From assembly GCA_965153355.1 (NCBI GenBank), contig OZ231126.1:28892001-28956000 (forward strand): a DNA stretch of 64,000 nt, written 5' to 3'. Of the stretch, positions 25,901 through 39,871 are shown piece by piece. This DNA comes from Flaccisagitta enflata. Its lineage: Eukaryota. Below the pieces are notes generated by a model that worked only from the letters and a program-made list of their open reading frames with translations, had not been told where the DNA came from and did no database searches. Position 1 is the stretch's first letter. Each line of letters begins with the position of its first letter. The translations under genes were made by a program, and so were the position numbers.

Positions 25901-27595
25901 CTAAAATCCCAGTCTCAGGGCTAAAATCCCAGTCTCAAGGCTAAAATCCCAGTCTCAAGGCTAAAATCCCAGTCTCAAGGCTAAAATCCCAGTCTCAAGG
26001 CTTAAATCCCAGTCTCAAGGCTTAAATCCCAGTCTCAAGGCTTAAATCCCAGTCTCAAGGCTTAAATCCCAGTCTCAAGGCTAAAATCCCAGTCTCAAGG
26101 CTTAAATCCCAGTCTCAAGGCTTAAATCCCAGTCTCAAGGCTAAAATCCCAGTCTCAAGGCTAAAATCCCAGTCTCAAGGCTAAAATCCCAGTCTCAAGG
26201 CTAAAATCCCAGTCTCAAGGCTAAAATCCCAGTCTCAAGGCTAAAATCCCAGTCTCAAGGCTAAAATCCCAGTCTCAAGGCTAAAATCCCAGTCTCAAAG
26301 CTAAAATCCCAGTCTGAAGGCTAAAATCCCAGTCTCAAGGCTAAAATCCCAGTCTCAAGGCTAAAATCCCAGTCTCAAGGCTAAAATCCCAGTCTCAAGG
26401 CTAAAATCCCAGTCTCAAGGCTAAAATCCCAGTCTCAAGGCTAAAATCCCAGTCTCAAGGCTAAAATCCCAGTCTCAAGGCTAAAATCCCAGTCTCAAGG
26501 CTAAAATCCCAGTCTCAGGGCTAAAATCCCAGTCTCAGGGCTAAAATCCCAGTCTCAGGGCTAAAATCCCAGTCTCAGGGCTAAAATCCCAGTCTCAAGG
26601 CTAAAATCCCAGTCTCAAGGCTAAAATCCCAGTCTCAAGGCTAAAATCCCAGTCTCAAGGCTTAAATCCCAGTCTCAAGGCTTAAATCCCAGTCTCAAGG
26701 CTTAAATCCCAGTCTCAAGGCTTAAATCCCAGTCTCAAGGCTTAAATCCCAGTCTCAAGGCTTAAATCCCAGTCTCAAGGCTTAAATCCCAGTCTCAAGG
26801 CTAAAATCCCAGTCTCAAGGCTAAAATCCCAGTCTCAAGACTAAAATCCCAGTCTCAAGACTAAAATCCCAGTCTCAAGACTAAAATCCCAGTCTCAAGG
26901 CTAAAATCCCAGTCTCAAGGCTAAAATCCCAGTCTCAAGGCTAAAATCCCAGTCTCAAGGCTAAAATCCCAGTCTCAAGGCTAAAATCCCAGTCTCAAGG
27001 CTAAAATCCCAGTCTCAAGGCTAAAATCCCAGTCTCAAGGCTAAAATCCCAGTCTCAAGGCTAAAATCCCAGTCTCAAGGCTAAAATCCCAGTCTCAAGG
27101 CTAAAATCCCAGTCTCAAGGCTAAAATCCCAGTCTCAAGGCTAAAATCCCAGTCTCAAGGCTAAAATCCCAGTCTCAAGGCTAAAATCCCAGTCTCAAGG
27201 CTAAAATCCCAGTCTCAAGGCTAAAATCCCAGTCTCAAGGCTAAAATCCCAGTCTCAAGGCTAAAATCCCAGTCTCAAGGCTAAAATCCCAGTCTCAAGG
27301 CTAAAATCCCAGTCTCAAGGCTAAAATCCCAGTCTCAAGGCTAAAATCCCAGTCTCAAGGCTAAAATCCCAGTCTCAAGGCTAAAATCCCAGTCTCAAGG
27401 CTAAAATCCCAGTCTCAAGGCTAAAATCCCAGTCTCAAGGCACAAATCCCAATCTCGAGGCTCAAATCCTAGGCCCGAGGCTCACACCCCAGCTGTAATA
27501 AAACTAGCATAGGTAAGCGACCTATCAACCTCATACCCACAAACTCACAAAGAAGCATCAGGCACCGCTGACCATATAACGCTTTTGCGACTATT
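22924..27595. mobile_element. HINE-like family A element inflated by a ~4.4-kb internal minisatellite
   Basis: The same family A termini as 21306-22130 flank the array. Confidence 0.8.
23040..27480. repeat. 20-bp minisatellite GGCT(C/A/T)AAATCCCAGTCTCAA, ~220 units
   Basis: Directly visible. It accounts for the SQSQGSNPSLKAQIPVSRLK ORFs. Confidence 0.97.
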
Positions 27596-28202
27596 CCATT
27601 TGTTTCTCATTCCATCCAACAACATACATCAGATATGTGATTTACTAATTACGTACTTTTTTTCACAGTTAATGAGTATGGGAATCCCGTCCAATGATTA
27701 AATAAATCACAAATTCAATCAGTACTGATTCAATCTACTCTTGTCCAGAATCTCAGACCGGAAATGATAGGGAGAATCTCACTTGCATGTCCTTTTTTTC
27801 CAGGCAGTTTTCAAAAAAGTGTCACCACAAAAATAACCACAACCACAATATCAAGTCACAACCACTAGACTGACAGATGCAAAAACGACAAACAGCCACA
27901 ACATCAGTGATATCCACAACATCTAAAGCAAAACATCAATAACCACAACAACACCATGAGCCGCAACAACAAAGAATAAAGTTCTACAATATCATTGTTA
28001 CTGTTTGTGGTGTTAACGCCGACGAATAACAGATCAGCATCCGCAACAACCACAACAACTACAAAGCTAAGTCACTGACAGCCTCAACCACCACAACAAA
28101 ATGCTACATCAACAGTAACAACCACAACAGTCGTGACAGTCGCAATAACGACAAAGTAACAATCACTTCAAAAACACTTCTGTCTTTCACCTAGCAGTAA
28201 CT

Positions 28203-28463
28203 AACAAGCCCGACCGGGCAAAGATGCGTCCGGGCCGTGTCTCTGCGTGTATTGATCATGTGACATATATGGAGAGACCGATGGACGAACATGTTGGTTG
28301 GTTCAACTTGGTTGATCATTTGTTTCAGTATAGGATCTCAACGTGGCCAAAAACAGCCGAGAAACGCGATTTTTGCACTTGCGTAACGGACATACGGACC
28401 GACGGACGGACCGACGGACAGACCCTCTTATAGAGATGCGTTCCTGACGGACGCATCTAAAAA
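28203..28463. mobile_element. HINE-like element sharing its terminal block with the 131-bp satellite
   Basis: AACAAG...AGATGCGTCC subterminal copy; ends (GGAC)n-AGACCCTCTTATAGAGATGCGTTCCTGACGGACGCATCTAAAAA. Confidence 0.75.
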
Positions 28464-28491
28464 GGCACAACCGCCTCTGTCAACAACTAAC

Positions 28492-28678
28492 CTTCGTCTA
28501 GATCTGCGATCATTTGTCTGGCGTCGCGGACTTCGTCAAAGCGGGCTGTGATTGTCCGGAGTCGGGCGTCGGCAATTCCGGCGCCGGCCGCCTTCTTCAT
28601 CAGATCCGCCCTGGCTCGTTCGCCGACGTGCCGGTAGATCTCCACGAGCGTGAGAATGGCTTGGTCGCGGACAGGACC
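28492..28678 (-). CDS. CLASP: CLASP coding exon 5 (end of TOG1)
   Basis: cccag|GGT...GAA G|gttagt, 187 nt, ends in phase 1. GPVRDQAILTLVEIYRHVGERARADL...ARFDEV matches CLASP VRDAAINSLVEIYRHVGERVRADL. Confidence 0.95.
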
Positions 28679-29024
28679 CTGGGTGAGGGGGAGGGAGGGA
28701 GAAGAGAGAATAGATTTGGTTTTTTTTAGGAAATACAATCTAATAACGTTCTTACGGACACCCCGTAACAAAATTTTTCCTGAAAAGAAATAAACATTAT
28801 AGACCCTTCAAAGAATCGTTTAAATCATGTCGGTTGTAAAGAATGCAGAATAATCTATTGGTCCCTTGAGAGTTGTTCAGAATGATTTTCAACTGTGTAC
28901 ATGGACATATGTTTCGATGTAAGATGGTATTTTCTTACTTTTTAAAGTTGGAGGACCAAACAGAAGACTCGACAATCGATTATCGGACGTTAACAACTTT
29001 TATCGCCGAAAATTTTAAGTTAAT

Positions 29025-29627
29025 TACAGTACGATGGGAGCAATGACGACCTAGACTGGAGGATAGATTTTAGTTATCTTAACTTTATTTGTATTATGAA
29101 ATATTTGAGATCTAGGCTAATTTAAGGTTGCTCTATTGAGTGAATGCATTTGCGCCTCTTAAATCTCTACTTGTGGCTTGACCTCACCAAGACTTTATTT
29201 TTCAAAGTTTTAACCAATTCAATTAAATTAGACGAAAAATTTTATATGATTTTGAAAAAAAAATCAGCTCAATCGGACTATTTTTACACGTTTTACAGCT
29301 ATGATTAATAAACAAAAGTTATGCAAATTAATTTTTAAGCAAAATCCAAACTGACCCTAAAACCTGTAAAAATAGACCGATTGAGCTGATTTTTTTTTCA
29401 AAACCATATGAAATTTTCTACCCGATCTATTGAGATAGGTTAAAATTTTGAAAAATAAAGTCTTGATGAAGTCAAGTCGCAAGTTGAAGTTTGAGAGATG
29501 CAAACATTTTTACTCAATAAGGCAACTTTTATTTACCGTATATCTCAAATATTTTTTGATACAAATAAAATTAAAGTACATAAATCTATCCTCCAGTCTA
29601 GGTCGTCATTGCTCCCATCGAACTGTA
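29025..29627. mobile_element. Foldback MITE, CAGT termini, TA flanks
   Basis: TA-CAGTACGATGGGAGCAATGACGACCTAGACTGGAGGATAGATTT...AAATCTATCCTCCAGTCTAGGTCGTCATTGCTCCCATCGAACTG-TA. Confidence 0.9.
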
Positions 29628-30130
29628 GCAAGATATACACTGAGTGATTTTGCGCGTAGCCTACTGCACAGAACGTGGAGAGAATATTCCAGATACTTAT
29701 TTTTATCGCCAAAATGACGGATCTATTTCCGATGGTTAATCATGTTGCCTCCGATTTTAATCCACTCTTAAAATGAAATTGCAGTCAAAATTTCCCCCCA
29801 AAATTCCGTTTCGACAAAGGCGAGGAAATTCGATAGAATTTGCAGATAAGATACATATTCCTTTTACAAATTACATATATAACCCAATTGCGAAGTAAGA
29901 GCTCAGACGGGAATGATAACTTTAGTGGAGAAAAAGAGAGAGAGCAGCTTGACCTAAAATGTTCTGATGGATGAATCGCGTTGTTTGTTGTTGTGAGCTG
30001 GCAAGAACTCTTCGTTTATACTTCTAGCAGTCGTGCGGTCGCACTCGAATAAAATAATTTGGGAGAGGGGAAAAGGAGTAACGGGGGGGGGGGGAGAAGA
30101 GAGGAGAATAGGGAAGAGGAGAGAATAGGC

Positions 30131-30585
30131 AAAATAGTCGCAAAAGCGTTAGATGGTCATGGTACCGTTGCCCCTATCAGCAGCAGACATGAGGTGACTT
30201 GCAGAGGGCAGCAAGAGGGGCACTCAAGGAGCTGGACACTACGCTGTTTTTATTTGTTGGAGCTGAATTGGGGCCTTGAAGTGATTTGAGCTAGAGGTTG
30301 ATTTGGAACCTCAAAGGTGGGAACCCAAGGCAAGATTTGAAACTCAAAGCAAATTGGCTGAGGTTGGAATTGCCATAAGATGATTGAGCTCATGGCTGGG
30401 ATTTGAGTTATGAGGTCAGGATTGAGCCTTGATGCTGGGAATGGAACCATGACACTTGGATTGGAGCTTTGATGCTGAGCCGCAGGTTGTACTGGGCTTT
30501 CATAGGGGACGGAGAGGAGGAGAGATGGGAAGAAGAAAGTTCCTATATGGAAAGATAGGTCATTTCTCAGGCTGCTGCCCAAAAA
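30131..30585. mobile_element. HINE-like family A, degenerate copy
   Basis: AAAATAGTCGCAAAAGCGTTAGATGGTCA...GCTGCTGCCCAAAAA. Confidence 0.7.
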
Positions 30586-30709
30586 GCAAAACGAAAACCC
30601 AAGTTATACCACAAATTTTTAAATAAAATCAGATAGTCAATTTCGAGTAGTTTTGCTTCCCTCTCGCCGGTTAGCGGTTGAAAAATGACGAATCACGCAA
30701 TATTTAGAA

Positions 30710-31039
30710 TACCGTATTTTCTCCATTTATCGCCCCCTTCCAATTAACACCCCCCCCCCTATTTGGGCTCCCTGGAACAATGATTTGAGAGAAGATGAAG
30801 AAGCAAATAATGGAAAAATTTTGCTTATTTCAGTGGGTTTTTTTAAAGGTCTGAATAAAAAAAACAAGTAAAAAATGTTTTTTGATACATTTAATCTTGC
30901 ATTTCTAATATTTTGAGTAACAATTAATGTAAATAACATATTATCACAGTTTGAAAGGGGCGCCAATTGAAGGGTCAAATGACAATATATTTCTTCAATT
31001 TCAAAAGCGCCCGGGGCGCTAATTAGAGAAAATACGGTA
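30710..31039. mobile_element. MITE with CCGTATTTTCTC TIRs and TA flanks (pogo/Tc2-like ends)
   Basis: TA-CCGTATTTTCTC...GAGAAAATACGG-TA. Confidence 0.8.
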
Positions 31040-31197
31040 TTTATTATATATATCATCACGGTCAACAATTAATAACGAATAAGGAACATATTTGTGAGAG
31101 GAATCTCAAAAGCCACAAGATTTTGCCAGCTTATTTCTTCACAGTTTAACCTAAAAGACTAACGATAAGGCAGTATTTATATGTATTGGCTATTATT

Positions 31198-31839
31198 CTT
31201 TCAAGTCGCGTGCACGCGACTCTACAACCCGCTTTGTCCGTCCATCCGTTGGTCAGTCAGTCAAATTTTACTTTTTTTATTACTTTAATTTATTTTAAGT
31301 CATTTTTAGTCATTCTAAGTCATTCTTAGTGATTCTAAGTCTTTTTAGGCAGGGATGTACAAAGTTGAGTGTCCCCGCCGCCCCCCCCCCCCCATGAGGA
31401 GGGGGAAGTAAAATCAAAAGGCTAGGAGATGGGGAAGAAAATCAAAGGGTGGAAAAGAACTAAAATTTTGAAGATTTTACACTTTTTGCAGTTAAAAAAG
31501 ATTGTATTTGATTACTACAATGCTATTTTACACTGTTCTGACTATATTTATGCTATATTTATAATCTATGGGGTAGAAAATCAAATGATTATTCAACCAG
31601 GCAAGAAAGGAAATCAATGACCAGGGGGGGAAGAAATCTAAAGCCGCTCAACTTTATACACCCCTGATTTTAAGTTATATCAAGTCACTAAAGTCAATTT
31701 GGTCAATCTAGTCATATAAGTCATTTAACATCATTTATGTCTTTTAATCATTTTAAGTCATCTTGAATCATTTTAAGTCATCTTGAATCATCCCAAGTTA
31801 TTACTGTCCCGCACGCGACTTATAGGTGTTGGCCTTGTT
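31198..31839. mobile_element. HINE-like family C-related element with ~10-bp internal repeats, interrupted by a CAGGG-ended MITE
   Basis: AGTCGCGTGCACGCGACT hairpin plus GTCC repeats at the left; CCCGCACGCGACT...GGCCTTGTT at the right. Confidence 0.7.
31350..31666. mobile_element. hAT-like MITE
   Basis: TIRs CAGGGATGTACAAAGTTGAG / CTCAACTTTATACACCCCTG with imperfect 8-bp flanks TTTTTAGG / ATTTTAAG. Confidence 0.7.
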
Positions 31840-32081
31840 ACATCCAAATGAAACTGTGGCGATTTCTTTTGGCTGTTACAAAACGGAACATTTGTTGATA
31901 AGAATCGGCACGATAAAATAACGCGTGAAAAAAAATCAAAATCAAAATTTATAGGACATTGTTTCGTGACATTCTTTTTTGTCCAAAAGTAACAATTGCT
32001 GTATCTATATTGACTACAATGAAACAATTTATCGTTAGAAAATGGTATTTGTGTCTACAGAAGCATGCGCGCGACAAAGTG

Positions 32082-33223
<1,142 letters not shown>

Positions 33224-34149
33224 CTATGACTGCCCAATAACAATGACCTTAAGAAAAAGGATAGCAGCGCCTTCAAAAAGGACGCCGAAATTCGTTATGG
33301 TTTTATAACAAGGCCAAGTAGACCAATATTAGACTTAGACTCGAAAATTTTCCTAGGTCAGTCAGTAGCTCAATCTTTTGCATGGACCTGCTCAGCGCTT
33401 TCAATAATGCACGTTTCAAATTTCAAGGTTCTAGCTCAAAAACTTTAGAAGTTATGAGCCTTTGTTTGATCCATATCAAACTAAAAAAATTCCAGGAGAA
33501 TCTTTAAACTTAACTTTTGATACATGGCCCACACAAAAATTTTCTAAGTTTTTTTGAAAAAAGTGAAATTACAACATTTTGTATCTAGGCGAATCAAGCA
33601 ATTTCCTATCAAATGAGCCCCACTTTTTTTTTCGAAAAAAAAAAATCCTCATTAAGGGCTTTTTGGGGCCCCTAGGGGCCCCTAAGAAGTTCAAAATTTT
33701 GGTCAATGAGATCAACAGAGTTATGTGCATATGCCAAGGTATCTTCCAGGAATGAATTCAAGCAGATTAGTTCAAGCTAGAGCTCATGCCGTTACTACCT
33801 TCGGACCGGCCGCATATAAAAGAGAAATATGAAAATTCACAAGGACCTAGATTCAGGATCAGAGGTCAATATCAAGGCCTTGCGTATTGGCTTTATATCC
33901 ACGGCCTCAATTCGGCCTCGTATGGGCCAAAATGCGAGTCACAACATTCGGTTTTGTATGGGGCCAAACCCGGATGTAATTCGGGTTTGTTACGGTTTCC
34001 ATAGAAACTAAAAAATAACAAGGAAATCTTCTCTGATGAAGCGTAAGGGGTTTCAAACAAAATCTCTTAGTTACAGAGAATGGAGATACGATTCAGATCA
34101 TGTATCTGATCATATTACATCCCTATGTGGGCAGGAGATGAGAGGATAT

Positions 34150-34321
34150 ATGAATGAATGAATGAATAAATGAATGAATGAATGAATGAATGAATGAATG
34201 AATGAATGAATGAATGCATTTATGAAAAGAAAAATATGTTTTTAGATCGCGAGCAATCATTCCGAACAATTTGTTTTTGAGAACGAAAATATACAAACTA
34301 GGAAAGAATCTTTGGTTAACT

Positions 34322-34379
<58 letters not shown>
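34150..34379. repeat. (TGAA)n and (CTGT)n(CT)n microsatellites
   Basis: Directly visible. Confidence 0.85.
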
Positions 34380-34382
<3 letters not shown>

Positions 34383-35475
34383 CCTGGATTAGCTTCGATT
34401 CTCATTCATTGGGAAAGCTCGCGCACAGGTGAGTTGAGATCCCAATACGATCATCCATTAGAATTCCAAAACTGTCATATATCAGCAAAATTCATTGATC
34501 ATTTGTCAACTTAGAATTATTTCTAATCAAAATAAAGAACCATCTTTAAGACAAAATGAAAACTTAAATGTTTGAAGTGCAAAAACAAAGTGAAAAAAAA
34601 ATGAGATAATAGAAAATGAATTATAAAAAGAATGAGAAGTGAAAAATGAAAAATGAAAAAAGAAGAGAAATAAGTAAAAGAAGTGAAAAATAAAAAATGG
34701 AAAGTGAGCAATAAAAATTGAAAATGAAATGTGAAAAATAAAAAGTGAAAAGTGAAAAAAGAAAAGATGAAAAAAAATATCACATATAGAAAAAAGAAAG
34801 GAAAATAGAATACAAAAACAAAATTAAAAAAATGTTTAGTTTAAAAGATCAAAAGAAATCGGTCATGAATATTAAAAGAAAAAATATATGACAATGAAAG
34901 AAAAATGTAAAAACCGAGCAGGGCTTGAGGGCAAACCCGGCCTACGGGCCTGGCCCAAATGCCGTGCCCCGGCCCTCTCACGGGCAGGCCCGCAAGGCCT
35001 TAGTCAATATCTACCAATATGGTGCGACGTGTGGATCGTCGAACGAATGCGATACCCCACCAACAGACCGACAAACGAAAACAGCCAGTTATAGAGGTGC
35101 TTTGTCGCACCTAAAAAACAGAAAACTTGATTCGATGTTCGGAGGAGAAAGGGAAAGATCAAAAGAGGTGAGGAATTGAGTTGCAAGAAAGAAATCACTT
35201 TCGGAATTCGACCAAAGCGCGCGTCGTTAACTTCCACCTTCACTCTCTCTCGATTTCTCAGCTTGTGTAAACATTGACATTTTAAGTCACATATCAGCTG
35301 CGACTCGCCATTGAATCCGTCTGTCGGTCCCTGACATTGCTTTTCAGAGGCTTGGAAGAGTTTTTCATCAACATACAGTTACGGGAAATGTTGGCAACTC
35401 TGTTCTGTTCTTGTCCAACAGTTTTTTTCAGAAACCTCTCCAACAACTCTTAATCACTTAACACATACTATGATT

Positions 35476-36093
35476 TGACATTGTACCTTTAAAACAATTC
35501 TGAGTGGAAAATCATATGACTGTGGGTTTTTCTGCAGTTCTGAGTAGTATTGGGGCGTAATAATATATAACAAGCAAAAATAAAATCATTCACCAAGTGC
35601 TTTTTTAAAAAAGCTACAAAAAAGAGAAAAATGAAATCCCTGTTTAATGCAGATTCTATGGAGTTGTATTGACTCATTTTCTGATTACATATTATTAATC
35701 CTTGCAAAATTCCCTTTCATCAGATAAGTCGCACTTTATATTTTTATAAAGATTTAAAATTTTTCATTTTTTGAGTCACCATTACAAAAAGTAGTAATTT
35801 TGTAACGGTAGCTCAGAAAATGAAAAACACATGGTGTGACCTATCAAATGAAAGGAAATTTCGCAAGGATTAATAATATCTTATCAAATAATGAGTCAAT
35901 ACAAATCCCTAGAATCTAGTTTTGAAAATGAACCTAAATTTTTTTCCATATTGCAGATTCCTCAAAAAGTGCTCGGTCAATGATTTTATTTTTGCTAGTT
36001 ATATGTTATTACACCCCAAGACTACTCAAAACTGCAGGATAACCTACAGTTATATGATTTTCCACTCAGAATTATCTTAAAAGCACAGTGTTG
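35476..36093. mobile_element. Diverged foldback MITE (~620 bp)
   Basis: AATTCTGAGTGGAAAATCATATGACTGTGGGTT at the left pairs with AACCTACAGTTATATGATTTTCCACTCAGAATT at the right; centre near 35790. Confidence 0.8.
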
Positions 36094-36339
36094 ACTTACT
36101 GAAGTTTTGGACCCTCCGACCAAAATTTCATAAGACCGCCACCCTCCAAAAAATTACTATGCATATACTACAAAATGGAAACCTAAAATAAAGAGATTTT
36201 GGGTAGCAATGCATCCAGCCTGGTTTCGTTTAGGAGGAAGATCTTTCCTAAGTTGACGCTTCATCTATCCAAGTGTCCGCATATTGATAAGCAAGATGGT
36301 AAAACCATATTACACCTACGCTCATAGGTACCCTCTCAC

Positions 36340-36543
36340 CTGAGCATCCGAGACCAGTTTGATGATAGACGGCACAAACTTTGAGAGCGAGAGTGACGTT
36401 GATCCGAAGGTGTTCAGAGTATTGCAGACACAAATCATGGCCTCCTCACGAACGCGCCACAACTTGTGACTGAAAGCGGATGGCGCCACCCGCTCGAACA
36501 CATACTGTGGCGAGGATATCTCCATGAATCCCAATAACAGTGA
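36340..36543 (-). CDS. CLASP: CLASP coding exon 4 (TOG1)
   Basis: ttcag|TCA...CAG|gtgaga, 204 nt. SLLLGFMEISSPQYVFERVAPSAFSHKLWRVREEAMICVCNTLNTFGSTSLSLSKFVPSIIKLVSDAQ matches CLASP PQYVWDR...FKHKNFRTRE...LSKIVP. Confidence 0.95.
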
Positions 36544-36652
36544 CTGAAGGCAGAGAAATGACAATGTTAATTCGGATATGAAAATGATATTCTTCTTCCC
36601 TCAATACCACGCTTATCAAAAAAAAAAAGACGCACCTGGTCATTTATTGATA

Positions 36653-37363
36653 GAAAAAATCTTAAAAGAGTATGGGTCCGCGACTGGGGTCAAACTGCGT
36701 TGTCAAACGGTGTGGTCAAACGGTGTGGTCAAACGGCGTCGTCAAACGGCGTCGTCAAACGGCGTCGTCAAACGGCGTCGTCAAACGGCGTTGTTAAACG
36801 GCGTTGTTAAACGGCGTTGTTAAACGGCGTTGTCAAACGGCGTTGTCAAACGGCGTTGTCAAACGGCGTTGTCAAACGGAGTTGTCAAACGGCGTTGTCA
36901 AACGGAGTTGTCAAACGGCGTTGTCAAACGGCGTTGTTGAACGTCATTGTCAAACGTCATTGTCAAACGTCATTGTCAAATGGCGGTTTGGCCGGTTTGC
37001 ATGCTCTTTACAAATCAAATACACATGTTGAGTCCTTCCATTTAGAGAATACATACCAAGTTTCAATAAAATCGGCTGAAAAATGACAAAGTTATGCACG
37101 TTTTTCACTTTCAGGCTGGTTGGCGGGTTGGCTGGTAGGCCAGTTTGCCTGTTAGCATGCTAAAATCTTTATGAATCAAATTCATGTGTTGAGTCCTTCC
37201 ATTTAGTGACTACATACCAAGTTTCAACCAGATTGGTTGAAAAATGACAAAGTTATGCACGTTTTTCACTTTTGGGCTGATAGGCTGGTTGGGTGGTAGG
37301 CTGGTTAGGCCGGTTAGCATGCTAAAATCTATACAAATCAAATACATATGTCGAGTCCTTCCA
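36653..37363. mobile_element. Truncated HINE-like family E copy with a 13-bp tandem repeat (GTCAAACGGCGTT) and longer tandem units
   Basis: GGGTCCGCGAC end motif and TGTTGAGTCCTTCCATTTAGAGA..CATACCAAGTTTCAA units shared with 52556-53888 and 63018-64000. Confidence 0.75.
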
Positions 37364-38014
37364 AATTTATTTTCTACAATTTTTATTTCATTAACAATAT
37401 AGAAAGTTTTTCTATCTTGTTAATAAAATAAAAATTATAGAAAATAAATTTGTTTGAATAATTGATTTAAGAACATAAAATATTACAATAATCAATTTGT
37501 ATTTGTTTAAATAATGAACATACAAAAAAAAATTAGGAACACATTAAGAACATTTCAGCCTTAAATCTACAAAAATTTAAAGACGTCCCAGCAAAATTTT
37601 AATGGTCCTTAAAAACTGAAAAGAGTGTAATGGAAACTTGTTTTACAGATATCTAGGTGACTTTTGATTAGTCTTTTTCTTATTTTCCCACTTCTACAAT
37701 TTATGGTTAGTTTAATCTATAACAAAAGGTATATATTCAACCTTGGCTAGGTCTAATAGGATAGGGCTTTGATAGATGTCTCGACTCAAAGCCCGGGATA
37801 GGGCTAGGAGCATAGACCTAGGGATAGGTCTTGGAATTAACACCCCAGGCGCACCGTCTGGGCCAGTGTATCCGACCTTGGATGTTTTCATACATTTCTT
37901 CATACACATTTCTAATTCACATCCATGTATTTTTCCACATGTTTCAACTTTCAATCTTTTCTCTTGTGACAAGCGGGTATGTATTCTCTGTCCAAATTAG
38001 GCATTGTCTTTTAC

Positions 38015-38155
38015 CTGCGCTGCGTCCCTAACATGATCTTTGGCATCACCCAGTCTATCGATCACAGTTGGAATAGTTCCCGGTAAAAAATGACGAAATC
38101 CGCTTCTTTGAAGTTCAACAAGAAGCAACAACACTTCTAGTCCATTTAAGGCAAT
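38015..38155 (-). CDS. CLASP: CLASP coding exon 3 (TOG1)
   Basis: ctcag|ATT...CAG|gtaaaa, 141 nt. IALNGLEVLLLLVELQRSGFRHFLPGTIPTVIDRLGDAKDHVRDAAQ contains the CLASP motif IDRLGDAKD.VR. Confidence 0.95.
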
Positions 38156-38668
38156 CTGAGCATACGAAAGAAAAAAGAATTGTGTTAGAAAACAGGAGAT
38201 ATACATATAGTAAAAGTCAGTAAAAGTAGGATTCGATTAAAATGTTACGATAGTTTCATTCAATCTTCCAAAAAAAATGCCTCAAGCATTCAGGCGAAAT
38301 AGAACAGCTAAAAACTGCAAAACATAGTGGATGTACAGCGGATTTCAAGGGACTTACAAATTATATATTATAGGCGGAATTCCGTTAAAAGCGGGTCCGT
38401 TAGAGCGAGGTTTAACTGTATCACCAAAACACGTCGTCCGTCCAACCAGTGCAGTTACGTTATACTACGGTGATGTCATACTAGTTACTAGTTAGTTACC
38501 GCCATGCATAAACGTCATTTTCAAGCCTTGCTTGTTGCGTTGGTTCAATCAGCCCGTCCCAAAAGGAGGAACCATCTAGCCTAACGCTTTTGATTCCAGA
38601 TTCTGGAATCAAGAACCAATCCAACATCACAGGACTGACTCTTTGTCAATTTGTCACACATGACACAC

Positions 38669-38788
38669 CTTAAAATTACTACTGGTGAGCCAAGCCGTCG
38701 TGCCTTCCACCAAACGGTCGAGTTGTGACGGGTCCGCGTCCTTGAACGCCGTCGCTACTTCCACGGGCGACTCTTGTCCCTCGATTCC
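38669..38788 (-). CDS. CLASP: CLASP coding exon 2 (TOG1)
   Basis: gcag|GGA...AAG|gtgtgt, 120 nt, phase 0-0. GIEGQESPVEVATAFKDADPSQLDRLVEGTTAWLTSSNFK resembles CLASP1 LDKLVDGLATSWVNSSNYK. Confidence 0.9.
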
Positions 38789-38926
38789 CTGCGTCCGGAG
38801 GAAAGAAAGAAAATTTGACGCTCGGTTTTCAGGACTGTTTCAAAGATTCATTGAGAGTTCATCCGTGAGTCTGTCGTTTGATGATTGGTAAGTAGGAAAC
38901 GTTAACAACAATGACATACCATCACC

Positions 38927-39077
38927 TAACACCTGTCCAACAATTTTTGCATCTGCAACAAATTGTTAAAATATGGAAAGCATACATCTAGACAACTCAG
39001 TAAGTTACTGGGCCCACTGGAAGGAAGCTTTTCGTAATTAAACTCTTGCAGATGCAAAAGTTGTTGGACAGCTGTTA
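38927..39077. mobile_element. Small palindromic MITE-like element
   Basis: TAACACCTGTCCAACAATTTTTGCATCTGCAA ... TTGCAGATGCAAAAGTTGTTGGACAGCTGTTA. Confidence 0.7.
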
Positions 39078-39376
39078 AGACAGGTTCCATACATGAGCAT
39101 AACAGTTGTTAGACTCTCCAAAGAAAACCTCAAGGAAAATATAAATACTACTTCTTATGAGTCGACAACGGGAGTGTTTGCTAAAGACTTACACTGCTTA
39201 TAATTGCAGATTCTATCTTTCACTCTTCGCATCCCAAATCATTGCACGGTAAACATTTTGGTACTGATTATCAATTGGTTTTATATCACGGTCAAAGTCG
39301 GTCATTCTTTGAACTAATTAATAGAACCAAGAACGAAAGGAACGAGGGAGTGGAGATAATGAGAGAAAGGAACCTG

Positions 39377-39809
39377 AAATAGTCGCAAAAGCGTTAGATG
39401 GTCAACGGTACCCGTCGCCCCTATGTGAGATGCTTTGAGTGTGAGGTGGTCAGAAGGGCAGAGGCCCCGTAGGGGCCGATGACCTATGCTGTTATTATTT
39501 GAGCCTCAAGGCTGGAATTAGGGCCTGGAGGCTGGAATTGGGGTCCTGAGGCTGAGTTTCGAGGCTGGGATTTGAGCCTCAAGACTTGGATCTGAGCTTC
39601 AAGGCTTGCGTTTGAGCCTCGAGGCAGGGCCTTGAGGCTGGGATTTGAATCTCAAGGTTGGGATTTCAGCTTCAAAGCTGGGATTTGAGCCTCGATGCTA
39701 GGATTTGGGCCTTGAGAGGGGGGACGGAGGAGAAGGAGGAGAAGAGGGAGAAATTTCCCCTATGCGTGAAAGCAGAGGTCATCGGCCTCTTCAGGGCCGC
39801 TGCCCAAAA
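39377..39809. mobile_element. HINE-like family A
   Basis: AAATAGTCGCAAAAGCGTTAGATGGTCA...20-bp TTTGAGCCTCAAGGCTGGGA repeats...GGGCCGCTGCCCAAAA. Confidence 0.85.
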
Positions 39810-39871
39810 GGCTGATTTCCAAAGAATGAAAGTCCCATTATCTTTAGAATATAGAACATTCCCGGTTAAAG

